A stretch of DNA of 64,000 bases from Thermoanaerobaculia bacterium (GTDB taxonomy: Bacteria > Acidobacteriota > Thermoanaerobaculia > Gp7-AA8): NCBI GenBank assembly GCA_035636095.1, contig DASPZU010000066.1, positions 16,545 through 80,544 on the forward strand, written 5' to 3'. The notes under the pieces are model-generated. The model saw only the letters and a list, made by a program, of their open reading frames with translations, did not search any database and was not told the origin of the DNA. The translations under genes were made by a program, and so were the position numbers. Shown here one piece after another: positions 35,514-43,598 of the stretch; the stretch's first letter is position 1; the number at the start of each line of letters is the position of its first letter.

Positions 35514-36254
35514 TCATGGCTTCGGCTCCGGCGTCTCCTGCATCTTCTCCACGCTGAGTCGCGCCAGGAGCTGAATGAGTTTTCGGCCGTCGCCGTCAGC
35601 CTTCGCGTACGTTTCGCAGAGCTGGTCGATGTGGTCGGCCGACTCCGCTGCCGGTAGCGTAAAGCCGTCGGTTGGTTGCTCAGGACTGCGACTCCACTTC
35701 TTGTTCCAATTGGCGCCGTTGAGCGTGCAACGCACGTAGCCGCGATCGACGACGATTTCCGATTTCGGAATGCGCCGCTCCTGATCGGATGACAACGATG
35801 CCACACCGCTCCCTGCCACCACGCCTTCGCGGAACACCGGCATGTTCCGCTCGATGATCGGACCGATCCCGCGCGCATTTGCGACCTGTTCGGCCAGCGA
35901 GCGGGCCACCAGCATGGTGACCATCTCGTGGATGCGGACCGCCGCGTCGTCGACGTAATCGGTGAAGAAGAGTCCGGATTGAAAAACGGTTGCGCCTTCC
36001 TCTTCATGCGCGAACCGGTGCACCTTGCAGGACACGACCGCAGCCGCGAACTCGATCGTTTTCTCCTGCCACTCGAATCGGAAACGCGCCTTGCGTCCCA
36101 GATTGAGCTGCGTGAAGTGTTCGATCCGTGCCCCCGCTTCGCTGACATCGATCATGATGACGTCGAGCGTTCCGAATCGGGCGAAAATGCCGCGCGCAAG
36201 CGCAATGCGTTGCTTCTTGCGACGCTCGGGCCGAGCTCCCGATTTTGATGCCAC
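35514..36254 (-). CDS. PilZ domain-containing protein
   Basis: 'RKKQRIALARG..MIDVSEAGARIEH' matches the PilZ RxxxR ... D/NxSxxG signature. Confidence 0.6.
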   Translation of the reverse strand: MASKSGARPERRKKQRIALARGIFARFGTLDVIMIDVSEAGARIEHFTQLNLGRKARFRFEWQEKTIEFAAAVVSCKVHRFAHEEEGATVFQSGLFFTDYVDDAAVRIHEMVTMLVARSLAEQVANARGIGPIIERNMPVFREGVVAGSGVASLSSDQERRIPKSEIVVDRGYVRCTLNGANWNKKWSRSPEQPTDGFTLPAAESADHIDQLCETYAKADGDGRKLIQLLARLSVEKMQETPEPKP

Positions 36255-36356
36255 GGCTATTTCGTGGACTATACGTTAAATTACTTAGGGCGCCCGGATG
36301 GACTCGGCGAATTTGATGATAACTTTAGCGCCAACTTTTTCCGCAGGACGCTATGG

Positions 36357-37319
36357 TTAGCGGCGCCGCTCGTCGAACCGCCACAAGCCCGCCTGGCGCG
36401 CCGAAGAGAGTGCCGCTTCAACCTCCGAGCGTTGCACGGGGCGATTGATCTCTTCGAACTTCGGCTTGCCATCGCGCCCGATCTGCCCGACCTGATGCTC
36501 CGGCCGATACTGACTCATGACGTTTACATAGGTGTCGGACGAAAGCTCTCTGGCGATCCATCCGAAGATCGCTCTCGCTTCCTCAAGCTGCCCCGGCATG
36601 ACCAGATGTCGAATCAGGACGCCGCGGCGCGCGAGGCCGTCGGGTCCGAATCGCAGTGGTCCGACCTGTCGGTGCATCTCCGCGATCGCATCGCGTGCGC
36701 GCTCGGCGTAATCCCTGGCCAGCGCGAGGCGCAGCGAGACTTCGGAGCTCCAGAATTTGAAGTCGGGCATGTAGATGTCGACCAGGCCTTCCATGAGTCG
36801 CAGAGACGCCAGCGAGTCGTATGCGCTGGTGTTGTAGACGATCGGCACGCGCAGCCCGCGCGGAACGGCAGCGGCGATCGCTTCGACGACCTGCGGCGCG
36901 ACATGCTCGGGTGTCACGAAGTTGATGTTGTGGCATCCGCGAGTCTGAAGATCGAGCATCAGATCGGCGATCTGTTGGCCGTCCATCTCCTGGCCCATCT
37001 TCCGTTGCGAGATGTCCCAGTTCTGACAGAACGAGCAGCGAAGATTGCACAGACCGAAGAAGATCGTTCCCGATCCCTTCCAGCCGCGGAGGCAATCTTC
37101 CTCGCCGAAGTGCGGAAAGGCGCTCGATACGATCGCGTGCCGGCCGGTGTGGCAAGTACGCATCTCGTCGGCGAGGCGATTCACGCCGCAGTTGCGCGGG
37201 CAGACGCGGCAGTCGGCGAGCTCATGCAGCGCCTCTTCGACTTTCGATTCGAGTTTGCCGGCGCGCCAGGTCGCGATGTAGGCCGGCTGGAAGTCGTGCA
37301 AGATGTAGTCGTCTCGCAT
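36357..37319 (-). CDS. radical SAM protein (PflX-like activase family)
   Basis: 'GLCNLRCSFCQNW' CxxxCxxC cluster. ATG 37319 is chosen to avoid head-to-head overlap with the 37333 start. Confidence 0.8.
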   Translation of the reverse strand: MRDDYILHDFQPAYIATWRAGKLESKVEEALHELADCRVCPRNCGVNRLADEMRTCHTGRHAIVSSAFPHFGEEDCLRGWKGSGTIFFGLCNLRCSFCQNWDISQRKMGQEMDGQQIADLMLDLQTRGCHNINFVTPEHVAPQVVEAIAAAVPRGLRVPIVYNTSAYDSLASLRLMEGLVDIYMPDFKFWSSEVSLRLALARDYAERARDAIAEMHRQVGPLRFGPDGLARRGVLIRHLVMPGQLEEARAIFGWIARELSSDTYVNVMSQYRPEHQVGQIGRDGKPKFEEINRPVQRSEVEAALSSARQAGLWRFDERRR

Positions 37320-37332
37320 ATTCTTCTGCCGA

Positions 37333-38370
37333 ATGAAGCATCTGCTATGCCTTCTGCTGGTCACGCAGCTTCGTCCGGTGCATACATTCTCGATCGTTGC
37401 CCGCGATCCGACAACTGGTCAGCTAGGCGTCGCGGTACAGTCGCACTGGTTCGCGGTCGGCCAGATCGTTCCGTGGGCGGAGGCGGGGGTGGGGGCGGTC
37501 GCGACGCAGAGCTTTGTCGATCCGTCGTACGGCAAGCTCGGTCTCGATCTTCTTCGCGCCGGCAAGCCCGCGCCTGACGCACTGCGCGGACTCCTCAGCG
37601 GCGACGCATCATGCGAGGTGCGGCAAGTGGCGATGATCGACGCCGACGGAAACGTCGCCACCTTCACCGGCGCGCGCGACATCATCGCGGCCGGCGGCCT
37701 GGCCGGAAAAACGATCGCAACCTCGAAGATCGATTGCGGCTCCGCCGGCGGAACGCTCACCATCGGGCGCGATTTTGCCGTCCAGGCGAACCTGATGGCC
37801 AACGACAGGATCTGGCCGGCGATGCAGAAAGCGTATTCCGAAGCGCAAGGCGATCTGGCCGATCGTCTGCTGGCGGCTCTCGACGCAGCGCAATCTGCCG
37901 GCGGCGACATTCGCGGGAAACAGTCCGCCGCACTCTTGGTGGTGAGTACGAAATCAACCGGCCGGCCGTGGCAGGACAGAGTGTTCGATCTTCGCGTCGA
38001 CGATCATCCGCAGCCGCTGGCCGAGCTGCGACGCCTGGTCGCGCTGCAGCGCGCCTACAACCACATGAACGCCGGCGATCTGGCCGTCGAGCACAAGGAC
38101 AACCAAGGCGCTCTGCGTGAGTACTCAGCTGCGGAGCAGATCGCCGCCGCGACGCCCGGCGTCCCACAGAGCCGCTACGCCGAGATGGTTTTCTGGCACG
38201 CGGTGGCGCTCGTGAACATGAACCGGACCGACGAAGCACTGCCGCTCTTCGGGCGCGCCTTCAAGATGGAGCCGGGCTGGCGCGAGCTGACGCCCAGGCT
38301 TCCGAAATCCGGTCTACTGCCCGACGATTCGAAACTGATCGAGCGCATCGTGGCGGCCGGATCACGCTAA
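37333..38370 (+). CDS. DUF1028 (Ntn-hydrolase-like) family protein with C-terminal helical repeat region
   Basis: 'TFSIVARDPTTGQLGVAVQSHWFAVG' is typical of the DUF1028 N-terminus and is preceded by a signal-like peptide. Confidence 0.75.
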   Translation: MKHLLCLLLVTQLRPVHTFSIVARDPTTGQLGVAVQSHWFAVGQIVPWAEAGVGAVATQSFVDPSYGKLGLDLLRAGKPAPDALRGLLSGDASCEVRQVAMIDADGNVATFTGARDIIAAGGLAGKTIATSKIDCGSAGGTLTIGRDFAVQANLMANDRIWPAMQKAYSEAQGDLADRLLAALDAAQSAGGDIRGKQSAALLVVSTKSTGRPWQDRVFDLRVDDHPQPLAELRRLVALQRAYNHMNAGDLAVEHKDNQGALREYSAAEQIAAATPGVPQSRYAEMVFWHAVALVNMNRTDEALPLFGRAFKMEPGWRELTPRLPKSGLLPDDSKLIERIVAAGSR

Positions 38371-38537
38371 TCGAGGCCGATGCAGAATCCGCATCGTTCT
38401 TTCCCGCCCGTCCCGGCCTTGCGATGCTTCTCCTTGATTTTTTGTCCCTCGAAACAATCGTCGTGATCGTGATACACGTGGCGATGCCTCTGCGGATACT
38501 CCTCGGCGTCGGTGTGAAAAGGCGCGGTCTTGGCCAC
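38367..38537 (-). CDS. small (56 aa) Cys-containing protein, not in the ORF track
   Basis: My own translation gives MAKTAPFHTDAEEYPQRHRHVYHDHDDCFEGQKIKEKHRKAGTGGKERCGFCIGLD. The GTG start lies 3 nt after the upstream stop. The pattern YH..(D)C..G..I....R..GTGGK..C..C recalls a widespread small-protein family. Confidence 0.4.
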   Translation of the reverse strand: MAKTAPFHTDAEEYPQRHRHVYHDHDDCFEGQKIKEKHRKAGTGGKERCGFCIGLD

Positions 38538-38540
38538 GGC

Positions 38541-38978
38541 CTACCCTGCGATTCTCGGGCGAAACTTCAAAACGTGGCGCTTCATCGCTTCGCTGGCTTG
38601 CACGAGCCGGACAGTTTCGAGATAGAACTCGATGTCTTCCGGCGAAAGCGCGTACAGGACTCGATCGCCTCCGCGTGCGGTGGCGCTCAAGAAGCCTGTC
38701 GAATCACCGCGAATCAGGAGAATGTCGCCTGCGAACGCATGCGGGAGCTCGGCCAATAGAGAAAGGTATTCGGCTTCGCTGCAGCAGCGATCGAGCACGA
38801 CACGCTCGACATCGGAATCGCAGCGGACCAGCGGGCTCGCAATCGTGGAGCGAAGCAGCCCCAACGAATCGATGAAAACAATTCTGTTGCTCGACTGATC
38901 GGAGAAGTCCCAGTTCCGCTCAGCGCTTTGTTTGTCATATGTGATGAGAGTAATCCTCCGTTCGTCTCGCTCCATCAT
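38541..38978 (-). CDS. hypothetical protein
   Basis: ATG 38978 is preceded by AAGGAGG, and the gene sits in an operon with the PAS-LuxR regulator. No motif recognised. Confidence 0.55.
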   Translation of the reverse strand: MMERDERRITLITYDKQSAERNWDFSDQSSNRIVFIDSLGLLRSTIASPLVRCDSDVERVVLDRCCSEAEYLSLLAELPHAFAGDILLIRGDSTGFLSATARGGDRVLYALSPEDIEFYLETVRLVQASEAMKRHVLKFRPRIAG

Positions 38979-38990
38979 TAGCCTCCTTGA

Positions 38991-39554
38991 TCATGGCGAA
39001 AGGATTCCGTTGCGAATCGCGAAGAGCATCAATTCGCTCCGCGAGCCGATTCCGAGTTTGCCGTAGATGTTCGAGAGGTGAGACTCGACCGTCCTTCGAC
39101 TGAGGCCGAGGAGCGCGGCAACCTCGTTGCTTTTCTTGGCTGCCACTGTCAGGCGGAGGACCTGGCGCTCCCGAGTGGTGAGTGCCGCGACCCGTACGTC
39201 GCGTGATTCGACATTGAGCGGGACGGAGACACCAAAGGTCCCAATGAGCTTACCCTCGCGCATGACCGGCGCGACGATCGCGAAGACCTCGATCTCGTTG
39301 CCGTCGCGCCGTTTGTTCGTGAACGCGCCCGCCCAGGTCGAGCCCCGCAACAGAGAGGCAAGGACTTTTTCTCCTGTCTCGGCCATCGAGGGGGCCGCCA
39401 GCATCGTCACTCGGCGTCCGAGGACCTCATGCCTTCGCCAGCCGTAAAGCTCCTCCGCGTATGCGTTCCAATGCGTAATGTTTCCATCGAGGTCAGCAGC
39501 GATGAACGCCTCTTTGACGTCATCGACAAGTTGAGCGAGTGAGATCTCAGTCAT
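38991..39554 (-). CDS. PAS domain + LuxR-type HTH transcriptional regulator
   Basis: 'AFIAADLDGNITHWNAYAEELYGW' (PAS) and 'TRERQVLRLTVAAKKSNEVAALLGLSRRTVESHLSNIYGKLG' (HTH). ATG 39554 is preferred over TTG 39629. Confidence 0.75.
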   Translation of the reverse strand: MTEISLAQLVDDVKEAFIAADLDGNITHWNAYAEELYGWRRHEVLGRRVTMLAAPSMAETGEKVLASLLRGSTWAGAFTNKRRDGNEIEVFAIVAPVMREGKLIGTFGVSVPLNVESRDVRVAALTTRERQVLRLTVAAKKSNEVAALLGLSRRTVESHLSNIYGKLGIGSRSELMLFAIRNGILSP

Positions 39555-39665
39555 ACGGTACGTAAAATTACGGGCGAAAACTGCGGCTTCATCCACACGA
39601 AGCCCCCCAGTAGTGACGCGGCCGGGCAATTTGCTACCCTGTCCGCGCTACACCATTGCTAAATA

Positions 39666-39690
39666 CTTGAGAAATAATCGATTTCTCAAG
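39666..39690. promoter_or_regulatory. perfect 10-5-10 palindrome (candidate LuxR-type box)
   Basis: CTTGAGAAAT-aatcg-ATTTCTCAAG lies in the divergent intergenic region between the PAS-LuxR gene and the 39707 gene. Confidence 0.4.
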
Positions 39691-39706
39691 ATACTGCCCC
39701 GCCGAG

Positions 39707-40216
39707 GTGACCACCATGATCTGGGGGCTGACGACACACGCGTTCACTCTGGTCCACGTCGCGTTGAGCCTGATCGGCATCTTCACAGGACTGGTCGTCG
39801 TCTTTGGATTGCTGACCGCGAGACCGCTTGACGGATGGAGCGCAATCTTCCTTGCCACGACCATCGCGACGAGCGTCACCGGCTTTGGGTTTCCGTTCGA
39901 TCACTTCGAGCCGCCGCACGTCGTGGGGGTGATCTCGCTCGCTGTTCTGGCCATGGCGGTGGTGGCCCGGTATGGATTCCACATCCGGGGGTCGTGGCGC
40001 TGGATCTATGTGATCAGCGCGATCATGGCGCTCTATCTGAATGTTTTCGTCGGGGTCGTGCAGGCGTTTCAGAAGATTCCTGCCTTGCACGCGCTGGCTC
40101 CGAAACAATCGGAGCCTCCGTTCGTGATCGCGCAACTGGTCGTCCTGGCCATCTTCGTCATCGTGGGAATCTTCTCGACCATCCGCTTTACGCCTGCCAG
40201 CCTGCGCACCGCGTGA
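39707..40216 (+). CDS. hypothetical integral membrane protein
   Basis: Five hydrophobic helices. The stop overlaps the GH31 start (TGATG). Confidence 0.55.
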   Translation: MTTMIWGLTTHAFTLVHVALSLIGIFTGLVVVFGLLTARPLDGWSAIFLATTIATSVTGFGFPFDHFEPPHVVGVISLAVLAMAVVARYGFHIRGSWRWIYVISAIMALYLNVFVGVVQAFQKIPALHALAPKQSEPPFVIAQLVVLAIFVIVGIFSTIRFTPASLRTA

Positions 40217-42573
40217 TGCGCCGCATTTTTCTTTTTTTCCTCCTCCTCCTGGTTGCGCTCCCGGCGCGCGCGCAATGGACGTCGATCGGCGAGATGCCGC
40301 GGCCGTCGCGTCAGGGCAATGCGCTTCGATTCGAGAACGCGCAGGCCGTGGCCGTCGTTACCGCGCTTTCACCGGAAATCGTTCGTGTGCGGATTCGCGA
40401 AGGCCGCGATCACTCATACGCCGTGATCCATCGCGATTTCGGTGATCCGCACGCGACGTTTTCGATCGAAGACGCACAATCCGTCATCACGACGAGCGCA
40501 CTTCGGGTCACGATCCGGCACGCGCCGTTTCGAATTGCGTTCGCCACCAGCGGCGGAGAATCTCTCGATGAGGACCGCGACATCGCGTTTTCAGGAAAAG
40601 CGACCCGGGTGTGGAAGCGCCTCCGCGACGACGAACACATCTACGGCCTGGGCGAGAAGAACGGTCCGCTCGACAAGCGCGGCTGGCAGTTAGGCGGCTA
40701 CAGCCTGACCATGTGGAACAGCGACACGTTCGGATATGACTCCAGCACCGATCCGATCTATGTCTCCGTCCCGTTCTACATCGCCATGCGCAAGGGCATC
40801 GGATTCGGACTATTTATCGATAACACTTATCGTAGCAATTTTGACATCGGACATCAGACAGAAGGTGTGCTGTCGTTCGGCGCCGAAGGCGGTCCGCTCG
40901 ATTACTACTTCATCTACGGACCCGAGCCGAAAAAAGTGATCGAGCGGTACACCACGCTCACCGGTCGTATGCCCCTCCCGCCCCTTTGGTCCCTCGGATA
41001 CAACCAGTGCCGCTATAGCTATTTTCCGGAGAGCAAAGTGCGCGACATCGCGCGGAACTTCCGCGAGCGTCACATTCCGGCGGACGTCATCTGGCTCGAC
41101 ATCCACTATCTCGACGCCTACAAACCGTTCACCTGGGACCGCAAACGTTTTCCCGATCCGGCGCGAATGATCAGCGATCTGCGCAAGGATGGATTTCGCG
41201 TCGTCACAATCATCGATCCCCATCCAAAAAAAGAGACGGGCTACCTGCCGTACGACACGGGCCTGGCCGGTGATCACTTCGTCAAGAATCCCGACGGCTC
41301 GATTTACGAGGCGCCAGTCTGGCCGTCGCGAGCCGAGGACGGTCTGACGCCCGACTGGTCGAAGCCCGGACATGGCTACAGCGTGTTTCCCGACTTTTCG
41401 AAACCTGCTGCTCGCGCGTGGTGGGGAGAGCTGTATGCCGATTTGTTGAACATCGGCGTCGCGGGCATCTGGAACGACATGAACGAGCCGGCGATCTTCG
41501 AGACGCCCACCGGCACGATGCCTCTCGATGTGCGCCACGACAATGAAGGATCGCCGACCGATCATCGCGAAATCCACAACGTGTACGGCATGCTCATGAC
41601 GCGCTCGACTTACGAAGGTCTGCTGCGACTTCGGCCTAACGAGCGTCCATTCGTCCTTTCCCGCGCCTCGTACGCCGGGGGTCAGCGTTACTCCGCCCTC
41701 TGGCCCGGCGACAATGTCAGCGACTGGGCGGCGCTCCGTCAAAGCATTCCGACACTGCTTGGCATGGGCTTGTCGGGGTTTCCATTCGTCGGCGTCGACA
41801 TCGGCGGCTTCGCCGAAGCGCCGACACCCGAGCTTTTCACGCGCTGGATTCAGTTAGGCGTCTTTTATCCGTTCATGCGGACGCACACCGCGTTCGGAAC
41901 GCCCGATCAGGAACCGTGGTCGTACGGCGCCGAGAACGAGGCTCTCAATCGGCGAGCGATCGAGCTCCGCTATCAATTGCTGCCCACCATCTATTCCGTC
42001 ATGCGCGAGTCGGCGGAGACGGGGATCCCCGCCATGCGGCCGCTGATGCTCGAGTATCCGCAGGATGCGTCGACGTATGGAAAGGCCGACGAATTTCTGT
42101 TCGGCTCCGACCTGCTCATCGCGCCCGTGCTGCGCGAGGCGGCGACGTCGCGTGGCGTTTATCTGCCCGCCGGCGACTGGTACGACTACTGGAGCGGAGA
42201 GCACTACGCCGGACCGAAATCGATCACCATTCCGGTCACGATGGCGTCGATTCCGATTTTCGTCCGGGGCGGCGCATTCGTGTTCACGCAGCCGGTGGTG
42301 CAACACACCGGCGAGATGCCCGGTCAGCCGCTGATCGTCGAAGCTTTTCCCTCTTCAGGCTCTGAACGCTGGCTCTACGAGGATGCCGGCAACGGCTTCG
42401 GACCTTCCATGCGGCGTAAGTTTTCGCTGCGCGGCAACACCATCGAAGTCAGCGCCCCGGAGGGGACCTATCGCCCGGCCGCGCGATCGATCATCTTCAA
42501 CATGCGCGGGAAGGCCTCGATCAAATTGCCCGATCGCTTCGAGCGCGTGGAGATCCAACTTACGTCACCCTGA
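40216..42573 (+). CDS. glycoside hydrolase family 31 (alpha-glucosidase-like)
   Basis: Signal peptide 'MRRIFLFFLLLLVALPARA', 'GIWNDMNEP' nucleophile region, 'RPFVLSRASYAGGQRYSALWPGDN' and 'VGVDIGGF'. The ORF-track extension back to 39835 is rejected. Confidence 0.85.
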   Translation: MRRIFLFFLLLLVALPARAQWTSIGEMPRPSRQGNALRFENAQAVAVVTALSPEIVRVRIREGRDHSYAVIHRDFGDPHATFSIEDAQSVITTSALRVTIRHAPFRIAFATSGGESLDEDRDIAFSGKATRVWKRLRDDEHIYGLGEKNGPLDKRGWQLGGYSLTMWNSDTFGYDSSTDPIYVSVPFYIAMRKGIGFGLFIDNTYRSNFDIGHQTEGVLSFGAEGGPLDYYFIYGPEPKKVIERYTTLTGRMPLPPLWSLGYNQCRYSYFPESKVRDIARNFRERHIPADVIWLDIHYLDAYKPFTWDRKRFPDPARMISDLRKDGFRVVTIIDPHPKKETGYLPYDTGLAGDHFVKNPDGSIYEAPVWPSRAEDGLTPDWSKPGHGYSVFPDFSKPAARAWWGELYADLLNIGVAGIWNDMNEPAIFETPTGTMPLDVRHDNEGSPTDHREIHNVYGMLMTRSTYEGLLRLRPNERPFVLSRASYAGGQRYSALWPGDNVSDWAALRQSIPTLLGMGLSGFPFVGVDIGGFAEAPTPELFTRWIQLGVFYPFMRTHTAFGTPDQEPWSYGAENEALNRRAIELRYQLLPTIYSVMRESAETGIPAMRPLMLEYPQDASTYGKADEFLFGSDLLIAPVLREAATSRGVYLPAGDWYDYWSGEHYAGPKSITIPVTMASIPIFVRGGAFVFTQPVVQHTGEMPGQPLIVEAFPSSGSERWLYEDAGNGFGPSMRRKFSLRGNTIEVSAPEGTYRPAARSIIFNMRGKASIKLPDRFERVEIQLTSP

Positions 42574-42579
42574 CCCGAT

Positions 42580-42778
42580 GGGGTCAGGTCTTTGATTCTC
42601 TCTTCGCTCTACGCGATGTAGAAGGGACGAAAAGGGAAGAAAAGACTCCCAAAGCCGGCACCTAACGTCCTTCGACTGCCGTTTTGGGCGTCGCGATCAC
42701 CACAAGCGGCAACAACTTTTTCCTTTTTTGTCGTGTCTCCGCGATGTAGAGAGAAGCGAGAATCAAAGACCTGACCCC
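42580..42778. mobile_element. MITE-like element, copy 2 (199 bp)
   Basis: It has the same termini as copy 1: 42580-42602 matches the reverse complement of 42756-42778 at 22 of 23 positions. The interior differs from copy 1. Confidence 0.55.
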
Positions 42779-42783
42779 ATTGC

Positions 42784-43598
42784 TCAGGATGACGCGATGC
42801 TCTCGATGGTCGTGACTTCTTCTTCCGACAGGTCCAATTGTGGCGCCGCGAGAGCCTCGCGCATGTGTTGCGGATTGGTTGTGCCGGTGAGGCAGAGCAT
42901 TCCGGCCTGCAGCGCGAAGGCGAAGATGACCTGCGCAACGGTCGCGCGATGGGCGGTCGCGATTTCACGAATCTCACGGCTTCCGAGCTCGGCGACGTTC
43001 GCTGTCAGAAGTGAGAAGCCCTGATAGATGACGCCTTCGCGTCTGCAGACCTCGCGCACCTCGCGATCCCAACCGAGCCGCGCGAAGCAGCGGTTTTGAA
43101 CGAATGCCGGTTTCACCGAAGCGATGTCGCACAGCTCCACGACCTGGTCTGCCGTCACGTTGCTGACGCCGATCATCCCCACGCGTCCTTCGCGCTGAAG
43201 CTCCTCCATCGTCCGCCACACTTCGCGATCGATGCCCGAAATGCCGCTGCGCGTCCGCGGCCCGTGCAGGAGGTAGCTGTCGACGTGGCCCAGGTGCTGG
43301 AGTGAGCTCTGGAGCGATTGGCGCACCTGGGTCGGGTAATCGGCGGTCGGATCGTAGGGGAGTCGCGAGTCCTGGCTTTCGACGTATGTGAATTTCGTCT
43401 GAATGAAAAGCGACTTGTCGCGGATGGCATCGCCGACCGCGGCTTCGTGATAGTGCCGGCGTTGATTCGCGGTGTCGATTCCGCGGAAACCCTCTGCCAG
43501 CGCTAACTCGACGAGGGCCCTGGTGCGCTCCTCTTTCCAGGCGGTGCCGTAGAGAAACGGTGGGGCGCCGCCGTGGTCGGCGGCGCTCCACGTGCCAT
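42784..43598 (-). pseudogene. aldo/keto reductase with 5' frameshift
   Basis: The AKR frame ('PPFLYGTAWKEERTRALVELALAEGFRGIDTANQ..FIQTKF..YLLHGP..') is open from 43641 but has no ATG, GTG or TTG before GTG 43326. An ATG at 43598-43596 (TAATG overlap with the receptor stop) is in a different frame. Confidence 0.6.

Noticed and set aside
36264-37577. 437-aa plus-strand ORF over the radical SAM gene
   Set aside because: It is antisense to a gene with a clear CxxxCxxC radical-SAM motif and has no motif of its own.
39835-40215. N-terminal 127-codon extension of the GH31 ORF (track ORF 39835-42573)
   Set aside because: The extension overlaps the well-formed membrane-protein gene in another frame. 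ATG 40216 gives a proper signal peptide and a TGATG junction.
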